Source: Candidatus Colwellbacteria bacterium
GTDB lineage: Bacteria > Patescibacteriota > Minisyncoccia > UBA6257 > Colwellbacteraceae
Direction: 5' to 3'
Length of the DNA: 64,000 nt
Assembly: GCA_028710275.1 (NCBI GenBank)
Contig: JAQTUL010000001.1
Coordinates: 73,031 to 137,030 of the forward strand
Below the pieces are notes generated by a model. The model did no database searches, was not told the DNA's origin, and was given only the letters and a program-made list of their open reading frames with translations. Position numbers and translations under genes: made by a program. Position 1 is the first letter of the stretch; each line of letters starts with the position of its first letter. Positions 1-9,668 of this stretch are shown here, piece after piece.

Positions 1-5
1 TCTTT

Positions 6-188
6 ATGGTGAAACCCCCAGAGGATAAAAGGGATGAAGATGATAATATGGAATCGATAGATATTGTTATGCGCGATCAAGCACTCGCTAAAAAAACGGA
101 GATAGAGGAATTTATGCAGAGATTGATTCCTCTTTCGATTGAGAACAGCGATTGTAACGGTAATGGAGAGATTGAGGAGGAATGGTAA
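6..188 (+). CDS. Possible C-terminal fragment of a gene that begins upstream of the window (acidic tail)
   Basis: An open frame runs to position 188 and may continue upstream. A perfect hairpin lies 10 nt after the stop. No recognisable domain. Confidence 0.3.
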   Translation: MVKPPEDKRDEDDNMESIDIVMRDQALAKKTEIEEFMQRLIPLSIENSDCNGNGEIEEEW

Positions 189-198
189 TTATTGTCTA

Positions 199-230
199 AT
201 TTTACATCGGTTTAGTCTAATGTAAAATTC
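199..230 (+). terminator. 3'-end hairpin (10-bp stem 'aattttacat'/'atgtaaaatt')
   Basis: Perfect inverted repeat 10 nt after the stop at 188. Confidence 0.45.
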
Positions 231-525
231 TATTTCTTAGTCTCCTGAGTATCCAATTCCCAAATAAACTTGTTTCCGAAGACGTCGAATCTTGTATCTC
301 TGACGTCTCTTTCGCATAGTTCCACTGATAATATGAGTACGTTTTACAGAAATGGTATCGGACATCGCTCCGTGTCCAATGTGTTCTTTCTCGGTACTTG
401 AAATACAACCCATTTCAGTGTCTAAGTGATCTATATCAACATTATATAATTGAATATCAGTTTTACATCTAGATCAATACAATTGATCTCGGATAACAGT
501 TACGATCCATTTTCAAGCTTTCAGG

Positions 526-1560
526 ATGTCTGATTACGTAGAGATCATATTTGAAGAAGAACAATGGAAAGAGATATTGGGTATGACTCGATATGAAATT
601 TCTAATTTCGGAAGGATTAAGATAAAGAAGACATCCATGATTATGAAACAGCGAATTATTGGTGATTATATGGGAGTAAAAATAACTACCGATCTGAAAG
701 TGAGAAAGAATATTCAGATTCATGTATGTGTTGCAAAATACTTTGTTGAGAATGCAGATCCTAAAAAATATAAAGTAGTTGATCATATCGATAACAATAA
801 ACTCAATAACGATTATACAAATCTGAGATGGATAGATCAGTCCGGTAATATGATTAATCATCACCAATTCAGAGAATACAAGGGGAGGGAAATAATTCAA
901 TACGATAAGGATATGGACGTTGTAAAGGAGTGGAAAGATATAAAAGAGATTGTTGAACAGACTGAATATAACTATTTTCCTCTTATGAATGCCATATCAG
1001 CAAATATTAGCTATAAAACTTTTATATGGAAGTATAAAATAGAGATTGTAGATAAGGAAATTGTAAACGAAGAGTGGAAGGATATAATAACTATAGGAGA
1101 GCATTCGTTTATAATTTATCAGATATCAAGCCATGGTAGACTAAGAAATAAGACCAGAAATAAAATATTAAGTCCGTCTATTATTTCCGGATATTATCAT
1201 ATAAATTTATCTAGTGAAAAATCTGTATTATGTTCTCTGTATGTACACCGTATTGTTGCCGAATTGTTTGTTTCGGGAAAATCGGATATAAATAAAATAG
1301 TCAATCATCTAGACGGAAACAGACTCAATAACCATTATACAAATCTTGAATGGACGACAATCAAGGGTAATACCGTTCATGCTGTAGGTCGAAAAGTAAA
1401 TCAGATAGATATTGTATCAAGAGAGGTAATTAATACCTTTGATACAATAACCGATGCTTATAAATCTTTTGGTAAACCATGTAACAGCCATATCTCAAGA
1501 TGCTGTAAAGGTACAGGAAGCTATACTTTAGGGTACGACTGGGAATATGCTGACGATTAG
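526..1560 (+). CDS. Free-standing homing-type endonuclease with two tandem NUMOD4/HNH modules
   Basis: Two copies of a NUMOD4-like 'YEISNFGRI / YQISSHGRL' segment are each followed by an HNH motif ('VDHIDNNKLNNDYTNLRW', 'VNHLDGNRLNNHYTNLEW'). Confidence 0.8.
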   Translation: MSDYVEIIFEEEQWKEILGMTRYEISNFGRIKIKKTSMIMKQRIIGDYMGVKITTDLKVRKNIQIHVCVAKYFVENADPKKYKVVDHIDNNKLNNDYTNLRWIDQSGNMINHHQFREYKGREIIQYDKDMDVVKEWKDIKEIVEQTEYNYFPLMNAISANISYKTFIWKYKIEIVDKEIVNEEWKDIITIGEHSFIIYQISSHGRLRNKTRNKILSPSIISGYYHINLSSEKSVLCSLYVHRIVAELFVSGKSDINKIVNHLDGNRLNNHYTNLEWTTIKGNTVHAVGRKVNQIDIVSREVINTFDTITDAYKSFGKPCNSHISRCCKGTGSYTLGYDWEYADD

Positions 1561-2504
1561 AATCTCCATTTCTTACCGCAGTCAGTACACTTACAGAACG
1601 TCGTCGAGGGTTCATCACATGAGCGTGTTTGTTGCTGGTACCAATCGACTCTCTTTCCACGATCAGGATCATTGGCTCTGTCCTTGTCTTTAATACAGAC
1701 AGAACATGTGTGAATTCCACGCATCACCTTTGGTGGATTTTCGATATTTGAGGTCTCTTGACTGTCATTGAACTGTTCGTTTCTGAATGAATCGCATTGT
1801 AGTCCTGTCTTGTTCTGATCGAGATTGGAGATAGAATCCTTACATTTCACACCCCGTGCGATAGAAGAGATAATCTCGTACGAGATAGTTGTGTATGATC
1901 TCTTGAACCAATCCTTACCGAGATCTGTTTTCTTCACTGCGCGACCCATAGAGGTCGCCGCTTTCCTCACTGTATGATTGTAAATCGCTCGTTCCATAAT
2001 CTTGGCATTCTTATCAGTGGTAAACTTCAAAAGATATTCAGTAGTCTTCTCCCGGACATCCTCCATCAGATAGTTCGGGATGACAAGATCGTCGACTCCT
2101 TTCTTCTTTTTGATTCTCTTAGCCTTCGCAACCTTTGGAGGCTTGGATCTCTTTCTCTTATTGAAGATCGCCTTGGCAGTTTTTTTCGGTGTTTCATCAT
2201 AGAACTCCGCGAGATCGATACCACCACTCTCTGCTTCATCTCCAAGATCGACTTCATCACCTCCATCTTCCTCATCTTCATCTTCCTCATCTTCTGGATC
2301 ACTCTCAAACGAAACACTCTCCTTGTCATCACCATCATCCTCTTCAGATGATGAACTTTCATCTGGAACATCATTTTCTCCCAGTTCATCTTCAGAGACA
2401 ACCTCCTCTTCCTCTTCCTCCTCTAGATCAGAATCGTCAAACACAATCTCGATCGACATGTTTATTGTAAGGTGATTTCTCTTACAATAATCTCTCTCTT
2501 TCAA
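1557..2504 (-). CDS. Transcription elongation factor TFIIS-like protein with an acidic N-terminal region
   Basis: The C-terminal Zn ribbon 'CSVCIKDKD...DWYQQQTRSCDEPSTTFCKCTDCGKKWRF' matches the TFIIS signature 'QTRSADEPMTTF..C..CG..W'. The N-terminus is a long D/E-rich stretch. Confidence 0.8.
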   Translation of the reverse strand: MKERDYCKRNHLTINMSIEIVFDDSDLEEEEEEEVVSEDELGENDVPDESSSSEEDDGDDKESVSFESDPEDEEDEDEEDGGDEVDLGDEAESGGIDLAEFYDETPKKTAKAIFNKRKRSKPPKVAKAKRIKKKKGVDDLVIPNYLMEDVREKTTEYLLKFTTDKNAKIMERAIYNHTVRKAATSMGRAVKKTDLGKDWFKRSYTTISYEIISSIARGVKCKDSISNLDQNKTGLQCDSFRNEQFNDSQETSNIENPPKVMRGIHTCSVCIKDKDRANDPDRGKRVDWYQQQTRSCDEPSTTFCKCTDCGKKWRF

Positions 2505-2510
2505 TTTTAT

Positions 2511-3305
2511 TTAATCATCTTTACTTTCGTTATTCTCGATGTGAGGAGAACTACTAGATCCCACATCAGCAGATGATTCTACCGGAACAAGAGAATTACT
2601 TCCGATAGACGATGAGTCGGAGGATGAACTCGAAGACGAATCAGCTGCTGCACCCATTCCCGGCATTCCGGGAATAGCACCCATTCCCGGAACACCCTGC
2701 ATACTGGACATCATACCCTGCACGGTTCCGAATAGCTTTCCAATGTTCAGACTTCCATCCTGCATTCCGGAATTCATATTCGAGATGAGATCGGTAAATA
2801 CTCCGCTACTCATCAAACCCATAATTGCAGCCATCGGATCGGAACTGTTGGGATCCACATTCTTTTCAATCTTCTGGACGAGATTAGATAAGAATGCACC
2901 TTCATTAGATTTCTCCTCAAGAGATTTCTTGAGGATCTCCATAGCCTCTTCACTAGGATCCACAGAGTTGGTGATAACTAGAAGATGTTGCCAGATAACA
3001 TTAGTTGTCTCCAGATCCGCCATCTTAAAGATTTCATCCATTTTAATATTCACCTTCTTTGAGTAGAAGATAATAGGATCGGAAAACTTAGTACTGTCCT
3101 TATTCATAATTGCTTGTCTATTCTTGGTTACGAAATCCGTAAATGATTGTACATGCTTATTGATAGCATCCATATGTTTAATGGTGGTCTTGGCTAAGAG
3201 ACGGTTGTATAGAAGAAGAGAATGCTGTTTCGTTCCGAATACATCCGTGAGATCACCCACAAATTTGTTGATACTGTCGAAACTTTTCCATGTTTTCGCG
3301 TCCAT
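2511..3305 (-). CDS. Hypothetical protein with a low-complexity C-terminus (GMPGMG and poly-Ser)
   Basis: Long ORF, tightly packed with its neighbours. It has 'PGMGAIPGMPGMG' and poly-S tracts but no recognisable catalytic motif. Confidence 0.5.
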   Translation of the reverse strand: MDAKTWKSFDSINKFVGDLTDVFGTKQHSLLLYNRLLAKTTIKHMDAINKHVQSFTDFVTKNRQAIMNKDSTKFSDPIIFYSKKVNIKMDEIFKMADLETTNVIWQHLLVITNSVDPSEEAMEILKKSLEEKSNEGAFLSNLVQKIEKNVDPNSSDPMAAIMGLMSSGVFTDLISNMNSGMQDGSLNIGKLFGTVQGMMSSMQGVPGMGAIPGMPGMGAAADSSSSSSSDSSSIGSNSLVPVESSADVGSSSSPHIENNESKDD

Positions 3306-3393
3306 GTCGATGTGTACGTGTTACTTGTCTGCTAGACTTTTTTAGATGTATTAAATGGTAGTTTCAAAGCTTCGGTCTAATTTATTACAACTT

Positions 3394-3699
3394 TCAACAA
3401 TCGTATTCATATACGATCATCTCTCCATCCAGAACAAATTCCTCATCGAGATATCGCTCTAGATACGCATCATCGACAACTGTAAATCCGTCACCAACAA
3501 GAGATTCGTTCAGATCTACAAGAGAAATAAGTTCAAATCGAACCTGATCTTCTTCAATCAGTTCCTCGACTGTTCCGTCGTCAAACTTATCTTGGATACA
3601 TCTGGTAAGAATATCAAGAATAGCCTGATTCTTCTTAATACGATGATCGTCGATCAGTTTCCCAATCTTGTCAAAAATTGTATCTTCCTTATTAGACAT
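3394..3699 (-). CDS. Small acidic hypothetical protein
   Basis: 101-aa ORF between well-supported genes. No motif recognised. Confidence 0.4.
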   Translation of the reverse strand: MSNKEDTIFDKIGKLIDDHRIKKNQAILDILTRCIQDKFDDGTVEELIEEDQVRFELISLVDLNESLVGDGFTVVDDAYLERYLDEEFVLDGEMIVYEYDC

Positions 3700-3803
3700 C
3701 TTGAATGATACTATCTGTATTACTCTTCAATTAAAAACATTTTTAAAAGTCGAAGTTACCCAGAGCTTTAAAGAATAGGGGGTAGTGATAAGACTGGTAA
3801 GAG

Positions 3804-6032
3804 ATGGCCAAAACATTCGAACAGATTGAGATTATTCCTACGTCCGAAGAGATTTTACGATCATGTAGGATGAAGAGTGATACAGATTCATTGACTATTG
3901 GATACACATTAGGTCGTCTTGCAGAATCTACATCGTCTAAAGTATTCTCTCCTATAATGTCTGATGAGTTTGCTATAATCTGTTATCGAATGGGAGATTA
4001 TAATCGAACATTTGATTATGTTGCTCAAGCACTTAAGAATAATACCTGGAATGAGTCTGAATGTGATAGATTGAGAGGAAATATGGGTATGGCTGCAAAA
4101 CATATAATCGATCGATATACCGAATATAATCCAGAAATAACAGGAAAACTATACTCACAGTTGTATAAGAAGAGAATGTTAAAAGATGAATCAAAAAGAA
4201 TTACAGTCACAATGACCATGTGTAAACGTTATGATCTTTTTCGAAAGACAGTATCATCTTTTATAAACTGTTGTGAGGATATCGATCTGATTGATGAATG
4301 GATTGTTGTCGATGATAACTCTAGTTCAGCTGATAGAAATAGAGCACTTATTGAATTTCCATTTATTAAATTTATCTGGAAGGGAGAAACAGATAAAGGG
4401 CATCCCAGAAGTATGAATATTATTTCTAAGACAATTAGAACTCCATATCTATTTCACATAGAGGATGATTGGATTTTCTATAGAAAGGAACGATATCTCT
4501 CTATATGTTTGGATATTATTGAATCGAATCCATCTTATGGACAATGTCTCCTTAATCGATCGTATGGTGAAAGAGATAAATGTCATGATATTGCATGCCC
4601 CTTTCCTATGAAATTCAGTAAAGAGAAACATCGATATTATGAACACGCGTATTTTACGGGATCAGAAATGGATAAATTCAATGCTACAGGTCCTAAAAAA
4701 CATTGTGCATATTGGCCCCATTATTCTCTTCGTGTTGGATTAACCAAAAAAGAGGTATTCGATAAGATTGGTTCGTTCAATGAGACCACAGGACACTTTG
4801 AAATGGAGTACGCACATCGATATGTATCTGGTGGTTATAGGACAGTGTTCATGGATAATATATATTGTTACCATTCAGGAAGATGTACATTTGAAAGAGA
4901 TAGTGGGCTGAAAAATGCGTATGAACTTAATGATGAGAATCAGTTTAGTAAACCAAACGAGAGTAATCTAAAGAGAAACAAGAAACTTTCTTTAACGGAG
5001 GACGAAGAGAAAATTCCTCTATACACTATACCTGAAGAAAGTGATGTTAAATACAAAACCAAAACCTATGTTATGAATTTAGAAAAAAGACCTGACCGAA
5101 TGAAACAGTTTATTGTTGATAACCATGAGAACGTGGAATCTCTTCAATATCGTTTCTTCAAAGGAATTGATGGCCAGCTTATCACCCCTCTTCCAAAGAC
5201 ATTAAAATTATTTGAAACTGGAGACTACACTTATCGAAAAGGAATAATGGGATGTGCATCTAGTCATATTAAAATATGGCATGAGCTTATTATATCCGAA
5301 CTAGATGTTATGATTGTCCTTGAAGACGATATCACTCTCGCTCCTCAATTTGTGGATAAACTTATCTTTGCGTTGAAAAGTCTTCCGCCAAAAGAATGGG
5401 ATATACTCTTTCTCGGTCACTTCCTCTATCCTCATCTTCGAAAAGAAACCGATCGAGAAGACAAACTTCCATCTACAGAAAAATGGACTCGCCAACAATG
5501 TATAGAGAGATCTATGGGTGGTACTATTGGATATGCTATACATAAAAGAGGAGCTATGAAAATGTTCAACCATATTCAAGAAAATGGTATGTACAATGCA
5601 GTAGACTGGGTTATGTTTAAGAATGCAGATAAAGCAAATATCTTCTACTGTTACCCTCATATTGTTTTTTCTGAATGTGTAACAAATACAATTAAACCGG
5701 ATAGTGATATACAATACGACACAAGTTCTCTGTGTTACGATGACGAAAAGAGATTCAATCTTGAAATCTCTTACTGGAGAAATAGAGGTGTCATACCGGT
5801 TGTTATTAACGACGATCAAATACCGTCACGAGATCTTCTTCTCTCTCACGTTCATTTTATCAAAACAGAAAAGTATCTCGACGTGATTAAGTCTCTCCAA
5901 TACTTTCCCTTGGAGTTTTACACTCTCAAGGGAAAGTATGTCGTCTCTATTCCTCATACAAAATTAGATTCAACCGTGTCAGAAGAAGTTATTCTTGACG
6001 GTAGTTATCTGAATGTAAACAATCCAGTATAA
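3804..6032 (+). CDS. Putative bifunctional glycosyltransferase (GT2-like N-terminal half, GT25-like C-terminal half)
   Basis: The N-terminal half has 'IVVDDNSS' and a DxD-like GT-A signature. The C-terminal half ('MNLEKRPDRMKQF...GCASSHIKIWHELI...VLEDDITLAPQF') resembles glycosyltransferase family 25. Confidence 0.65.
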   Translation: MAKTFEQIEIIPTSEEILRSCRMKSDTDSLTIGYTLGRLAESTSSKVFSPIMSDEFAIICYRMGDYNRTFDYVAQALKNNTWNESECDRLRGNMGMAAKHIIDRYTEYNPEITGKLYSQLYKKRMLKDESKRITVTMTMCKRYDLFRKTVSSFINCCEDIDLIDEWIVVDDNSSSADRNRALIEFPFIKFIWKGETDKGHPRSMNIISKTIRTPYLFHIEDDWIFYRKERYLSICLDIIESNPSYGQCLLNRSYGERDKCHDIACPFPMKFSKEKHRYYEHAYFTGSEMDKFNATGPKKHCAYWPHYSLRVGLTKKEVFDKIGSFNETTGHFEMEYAHRYVSGGYRTVFMDNIYCYHSGRCTFERDSGLKNAYELNDENQFSKPNESNLKRNKKLSLTEDEEKIPLYTIPEESDVKYKTKTYVMNLEKRPDRMKQFIVDNHENVESLQYRFFKGIDGQLITPLPKTLKLFETGDYTYRKGIMGCASSHIKIWHELIISELDVMIVLEDDITLAPQFVDKLIFALKSLPPKEWDILFLGHFLYPHLRKETDREDKLPSTEKWTRQQCIERSMGGTIGYAIHKRGAMKMFNHIQENGMYNAVDWVMFKNADKANIFYCYPHIVFSECVTNTIKPDSDIQYDTSSLCYDDEKRFNLEISYWRNRGVIPVVINDDQIPSRDLLLSHVHFIKTEKYLDVIKSLQYFPLEFYTLKGKYVVSIPHTKLDSTVSEEVILDGSYLNVNNPV

Positions 6033-6036
6033 TATT

Positions 6037-6062
6037 CTTTTATAACATTTCAGTTATAAAAG
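6037..6062 (+). terminator. 3'-end hairpin of the glycosyltransferase gene (10-bp stem)
   Basis: 'cttttataac atttca gttataaaag' lies 5 nt after the stop. Confidence 0.5.
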
Positions 6063-6090
6063 AAGAGACGAAATTATCTCGTACACGAAC

Positions 6091-6119
6091 CATTTTAATG
6101 TTTTCAAACATTAAAATGA
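6091..6119 (-). terminator. 3'-end hairpin of gene 6142..6549 (13-bp stem)
   Basis: 'cattttaatgttt tca aaacattaaaatg'. Confidence 0.5.
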
Positions 6120-6141
6120 AAGTTATGTAGTGAATTGTCAA

Positions 6142-6549
6142 TCAATCAATTGACAATTTCGTCAATGTCTTGAACTGATTGTATAATACCGAACAGTCGA
6201 TATAATTACAATCAACCAACTTCAGTTCCTTCAATCTCTTCATCGGAAGCAGAAGATGTTCTACGAAATTACAATCTCTAATCTCAAGTATTTCAATTAC
6301 GTCTAAATGCGACATCATTCCTTTGATCTCATTCATCCCTGACTTTTCACTGAAAACAAACGCTCGGAATGGAATATTATGCAAATCTTTTCTTAACCCT
6401 CTTGACGATTTAAGAAAAGAGACTACATCTTCACGGGGGAGAAAAGATGAGATGTAGATGTTTAAATCAGTAACAGAAAATGACATACTGAACGTCTTAT
6501 TTCTTTTGAGGGAAAGTGCGTGTACTAGTTTATAAACGATGATAGTCAC
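6142..6549 (-). CDS. Hypothetical protein (weak F-box/LRR-like features)
   Basis: 135-aa ORF with a leucine-rich C-terminal half. Assignment is weak. Confidence 0.35.
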   Translation of the reverse strand: MTIIVYKLVHALSLKRNKTFSMSFSVTDLNIYISSFLPREDVVSFLKSSRGLRKDLHNIPFRAFVFSEKSGMNEIKGMMSHLDVIEILEIRDCNFVEHLLLPMKRLKELKLVDCNYIDCSVLYNQFKTLTKLSID

Positions 6550-6571
6550 TTTTTCATCACTTTTTCATCCA

Positions 6572-7423
6572 TTAAATAGGAGGGATTTTCTTCACCATAT
6601 CAGAATCCAGAACATACTGAGCAGCCTTCTTCTCCGCATCCTTCAACGATGGTCCGTAGAATGCAACCGACTGGTATGTCTTATTGAGTGGTCTATCGAA
6701 AATATTAACTTTCACTTGGTATCGTCTCTGATATGCTGTGGGATCCATCGACCCTTTTACCGATTTGTCCTCTTCTGAAACATACTTGATGATCAGTCGT
6801 CCTCTGAATCCAAGGATAACCTCGTTCAATCGACTCTTCGCATCATATAGTTCATCTCGTTCAAGAGAAACCTTGATAGGATCCATAAGAGTCTTCATGA
6901 TCTTGTAGACGATACCGTACCCTGAATGATCGGTAACCTTTGTATCAACAAGAAGTTCGAGGCATCCACAGAATGCCTCGAACACATCCTCCATGATCTT
7001 CTTTCTGTTTTTATTCTCCTCATCAGTTCGTCGAACATAGTCCCAAAATCCGAGGGTCTCCGAAAACTGGGCATAAGTTGTTTTTGATACTCCATTCTGT
7101 TTCAATCGTGCCATGATAGCAACAGGACCCATATTTCCTCCTTTTCCCTTTGCGTCATTAAACACCTCGGGGAACCGACGAATAAAATACCAGACAACAA
7201 CCTTATTAGTTGTTGAATCTCCGAGAATCTCATAGAACTCGTAGTTGTCCACGGGATCAATCGACTTGTGTGTGAAAGCCTTGGTGAATTCGATCATTGA
7301 AGTTTTATCGGTAAAAGCTTCAATGTACTTGGGTCCTAGATGAGCTCTCTCGAGAACAGACTGGATAAACTCACGAAACTTGGGATTTTCGTGAGTTGAA
7401 GGAGCAGAAGCAGGTGCAGCCAT
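6572..7423 (-). CDS. rnc: Ribonuclease III
   Basis: RNase III signature 'YEFYEILGDSTTNKVV' (compare ERLEFLGDA) followed by a dsRBD-like C-terminus. Confidence 0.85.
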   Translation of the reverse strand: MAAPASAPSTHENPKFREFIQSVLERAHLGPKYIEAFTDKTSMIEFTKAFTHKSIDPVDNYEFYEILGDSTTNKVVVWYFIRRFPEVFNDAKGKGGNMGPVAIMARLKQNGVSKTTYAQFSETLGFWDYVRRTDEENKNRKKIMEDVFEAFCGCLELLVDTKVTDHSGYGIVYKIMKTLMDPIKVSLERDELYDAKSRLNEVILGFRGRLIIKYVSEEDKSVKGSMDPTAYQRRYQVKVNIFDRPLNKTYQSVAFYGPSLKDAEKKAAQYVLDSDMVKKIPPI

Positions 7424-7492
7424 GATTGAGAGGTATGATTATTATCTCTAGCAATTTTAATAATATCATTTTTTATTTATATAGTATAATAT

Positions 7493-7879
7493 ATGCCTTC
7501 CAAAAAGACAAACCGTAAAAGCAGGGTACGATCTCGATCTGGTTCGAGGAAGTCTCGCTCTCCGTATAAATACAATAGGAGAAATAACCTCCTCAAACAA
7601 GTTTCTAAGAGAAAGACTAAAAGTAGGTCTAAAACGAGAAGTAAAAAGAAGAGTCGGTCGAAGTCTAAATCACGCAAAAGATATTCTTCGTCGGTACCAA
7701 AGAGTAGGAAATTTAAATCGAGAAGTCCTCGCAAACTTGTAGATATCAGTGCGTTTCAACACCGAAAAAAATCACCTCGGTATTCAGCTAATGATGGATT
7801 TCAAAAGGTACAGAACCGACACCGAAGAAATATCCAAAGTCGAAAAAATAATCATTCCCCGAAGAGACGATATCATTAA
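7493..7879 (+). CDS. Highly basic Arg/Ser/Lys-rich small protein (possible nucleic-acid-condensing protein)
   Basis: 128 aa made up of RS/KS repeats ('SRSRSGSRKSRSP', 'KSRSKTRSKKKSRSKSKSRK'). Sits in its own intergenic slot. Confidence 0.5.
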   Translation: MPSKKTNRKSRVRSRSGSRKSRSPYKYNRRNNLLKQVSKRKTKSRSKTRSKKKSRSKSKSRKRYSSSVPKSRKFKSRSPRKLVDISAFQHRKKSPRYSANDGFQKVQNRHRRNIQSRKNNHSPKRRYH

Positions 7880-7910
7880 ACTCACGTGAAACTTTTTTAA
7901 GAATCATTTT

Positions 7911-8561
7911 ATGATTGCATATCATAAAATGGACAAGATCATCTCATTATTCAGAAAGAGAGGAGGTTCAGACTACATTGGAGAACCTGTAACACAGGAA
8001 CAACATATGGTTGGTGCAGCTCTCATCGCGGAGGAGAAAGGATATTCAGATGATCTTATTGTCGCGGCTCTTCTACATGATATAGGACATCTTCTCTTCG
8101 AAAATGAAAAAATGGGCGATCTCGGCGTGAAGGGTCATGAAAAGATTGGTGCAGATTATCTCCGTGGGCTCGGTTTCAACGAAACGGTATGCGATCTTGT
8201 TGAAAATCATGTGAACGCAAAACGATATCTCTGTACCGTGTCACCATTGTATTCGAAAAATCTATCCAACGCCAGTCGGAAAACATTAAATTATCAGGGA
8301 GGACCTATGTCAAACAAGGAGATTTGGGAATTTAGAAAACGCCCCCGATTTGAAATGTACATCGATCTTCGAATAGTCGATGAGTTGTCAAAAGAGTCCG
8401 ATATGAAAGGTAGAGATTTAGAGTATTTTATTCCTCTTTGTGAGCGATGTATGAAGAATAAAATAAGAGCGATCTATCCCGGAAATAATTCTTGGGAACG
8501 TGTTCAGATTGATACCGAACCTACAGTTGATAAGTTTAGGGGATCACATTCCATTCAATAG
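7911..8561 (+). CDS. HD-domain phosphohydrolase
   Basis: 'HMVGAALIA...AALLHDIGH' HD motif plus the downstream His/Asp residues of the HD superfamily. Confidence 0.75.
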   Translation: MIAYHKMDKIISLFRKRGGSDYIGEPVTQEQHMVGAALIAEEKGYSDDLIVAALLHDIGHLLFENEKMGDLGVKGHEKIGADYLRGLGFNETVCDLVENHVNAKRYLCTVSPLYSKNLSNASRKTLNYQGGPMSNKEIWEFRKRPRFEMYIDLRIVDELSKESDMKGRDLEYFIPLCERCMKNKIRAIYPGNNSWERVQIDTEPTVDKFRGSHSIQ

Positions 8562-8961
8562 CGGATGTCTTTCCTGTTGAATGACAGATGTGATTGAGGA
8601 AGGAGAGTTTCTCTGCAGCAATCGGAACCCACACTTTGGGATTGTCTGGACCCGGAACGTAATCATATTGAATTTCTACGAGTTTGTTCCATACTACGGC
8701 TTGAAGTTTCAAGCCGTGACTGAACTTCGAATTCTTGAAAATCTCTCGATCGATGATATAATCGTACAACTCTTTTGCTATACGCACCTTGTTATCCTTT
8801 CCCCGCGTAGTTTCAATTTCAACAAGTTTCTTCTTCATAAACTCAATCATCTCTACACCTTCCTTCTCCTCATGTGGAGTTGTCACAGGATATAGAGAAT
8901 TTCCGATATTCTCCGGAAGAATCGGTTTCAGAGACATCTTGAATGTGAAGTTGGATATCAT
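8536..8961 (-). CDS. Hypothetical protein
   Basis: 141-aa ORF convergent with, and slightly overlapping, the HD gene. No motif. Confidence 0.4.
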   Translation of the reverse strand: MISNFTFKMSLKPILPENIGNSLYPVTTPHEEKEGVEMIEFMKKKLVEIETTRGKDNKVRIAKELYDYIIDREIFKNSKFSHGLKLQAVVWNKLVEIQYDYVPGPDNPKVWVPIAAEKLSFLNHICHSTGKTSAIEWNVIP

Positions 8962-9030
8962 GATTACAATATTTTAAAACTCATTTTTAGGTGTTCCCTT
9001 TACAGCTATTTCTCACCGATCGTTTATCAG

Positions 9031-9603
9031 TTAATATCTTCCAACGTGATTAGTCTTGATAAAAATCCAACAGCAGCAAATAAGAATTCCGAAAATACAC
9101 GCGAGAACAATGAGAGCAATCTCCCACCCGGGCATTGCCTCTACTTGAGCCGCCCAATTCTGTTTACTGAGAATTGTGTTCAACATCAATGCTGAAAACT
9201 GTACACATCCCTCTTGAGACAGACCAATTGCTTGTGATGTCGCGGTCATATGATTCCAGTTCGATGACGTTACTGCACAGGGGAAGTTTCCCTTCCAATC
9301 AGAAATGGTGATCGCTTGTTTGAACGCAGAGACCACACTTTCAACTCCGATACTCTGAACATAGTTAAATTCATCGACTGAAGACGCATCAGAATCTACC
9401 GCAGAAACAGTAACATATGCTCGCGCAACGACGATATTACTTGATGTCACATAGGCCTGTCTACAGAAATAGAGATTCTTACATTCATCTACTATGTCAT
9501 ACCCGGTGAAAATAGTTGTGTTACTATCTACTTTAATGTAACGATCGAGAGCGTTAACTCTATACACGCAGAGTACTAGGAGGAGAAGAATTCTTGAAAA
9601 CAT
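9031..9603 (-). CDS. Type I membrane protein (signal peptide plus C-terminal TM anchor)
   Basis: N-terminal 'MFSRILLLLVLCVYRVNA' signal-like segment and C-terminal 'IALIVLACIFGILICCCWIFI' helix, with a Cys-containing ectodomain. Confidence 0.5.
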   Translation of the reverse strand: MFSRILLLLVLCVYRVNALDRYIKVDSNTTIFTGYDIVDECKNLYFCRQAYVTSSNIVVARAYVTVSAVDSDASSVDEFNYVQSIGVESVVSAFKQAITISDWKGNFPCAVTSSNWNHMTATSQAIGLSQEGCVQFSALMLNTILSKQNWAAQVEAMPGWEIALIVLACIFGILICCCWIFIKTNHVGRY

Positions 9604-9621
9604 TTTTGTGTGATAGCTAAG

Positions 9622-9653
9622 TGAAATAACCTATTTGGATAATGGTTATTTCA
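9622..9653 (-). terminator. 3'-end hairpin of the MTase fusion gene (10-bp stem)
   Basis: 'tgaaataacc'...'ggttatttca', 16 nt past the stop. Confidence 0.5.
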
Positions 9654-9668
9654 TTTTTAACAGAAGAA

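Noticed and set aside
3360-3393. Shared 'aaagcttcggtc' 12-mer at 3368 and 19309 as a possible regulatory motif
   Set aside because: There are only two occurrences, in non-equivalent gene contexts. That is insufficient to call.
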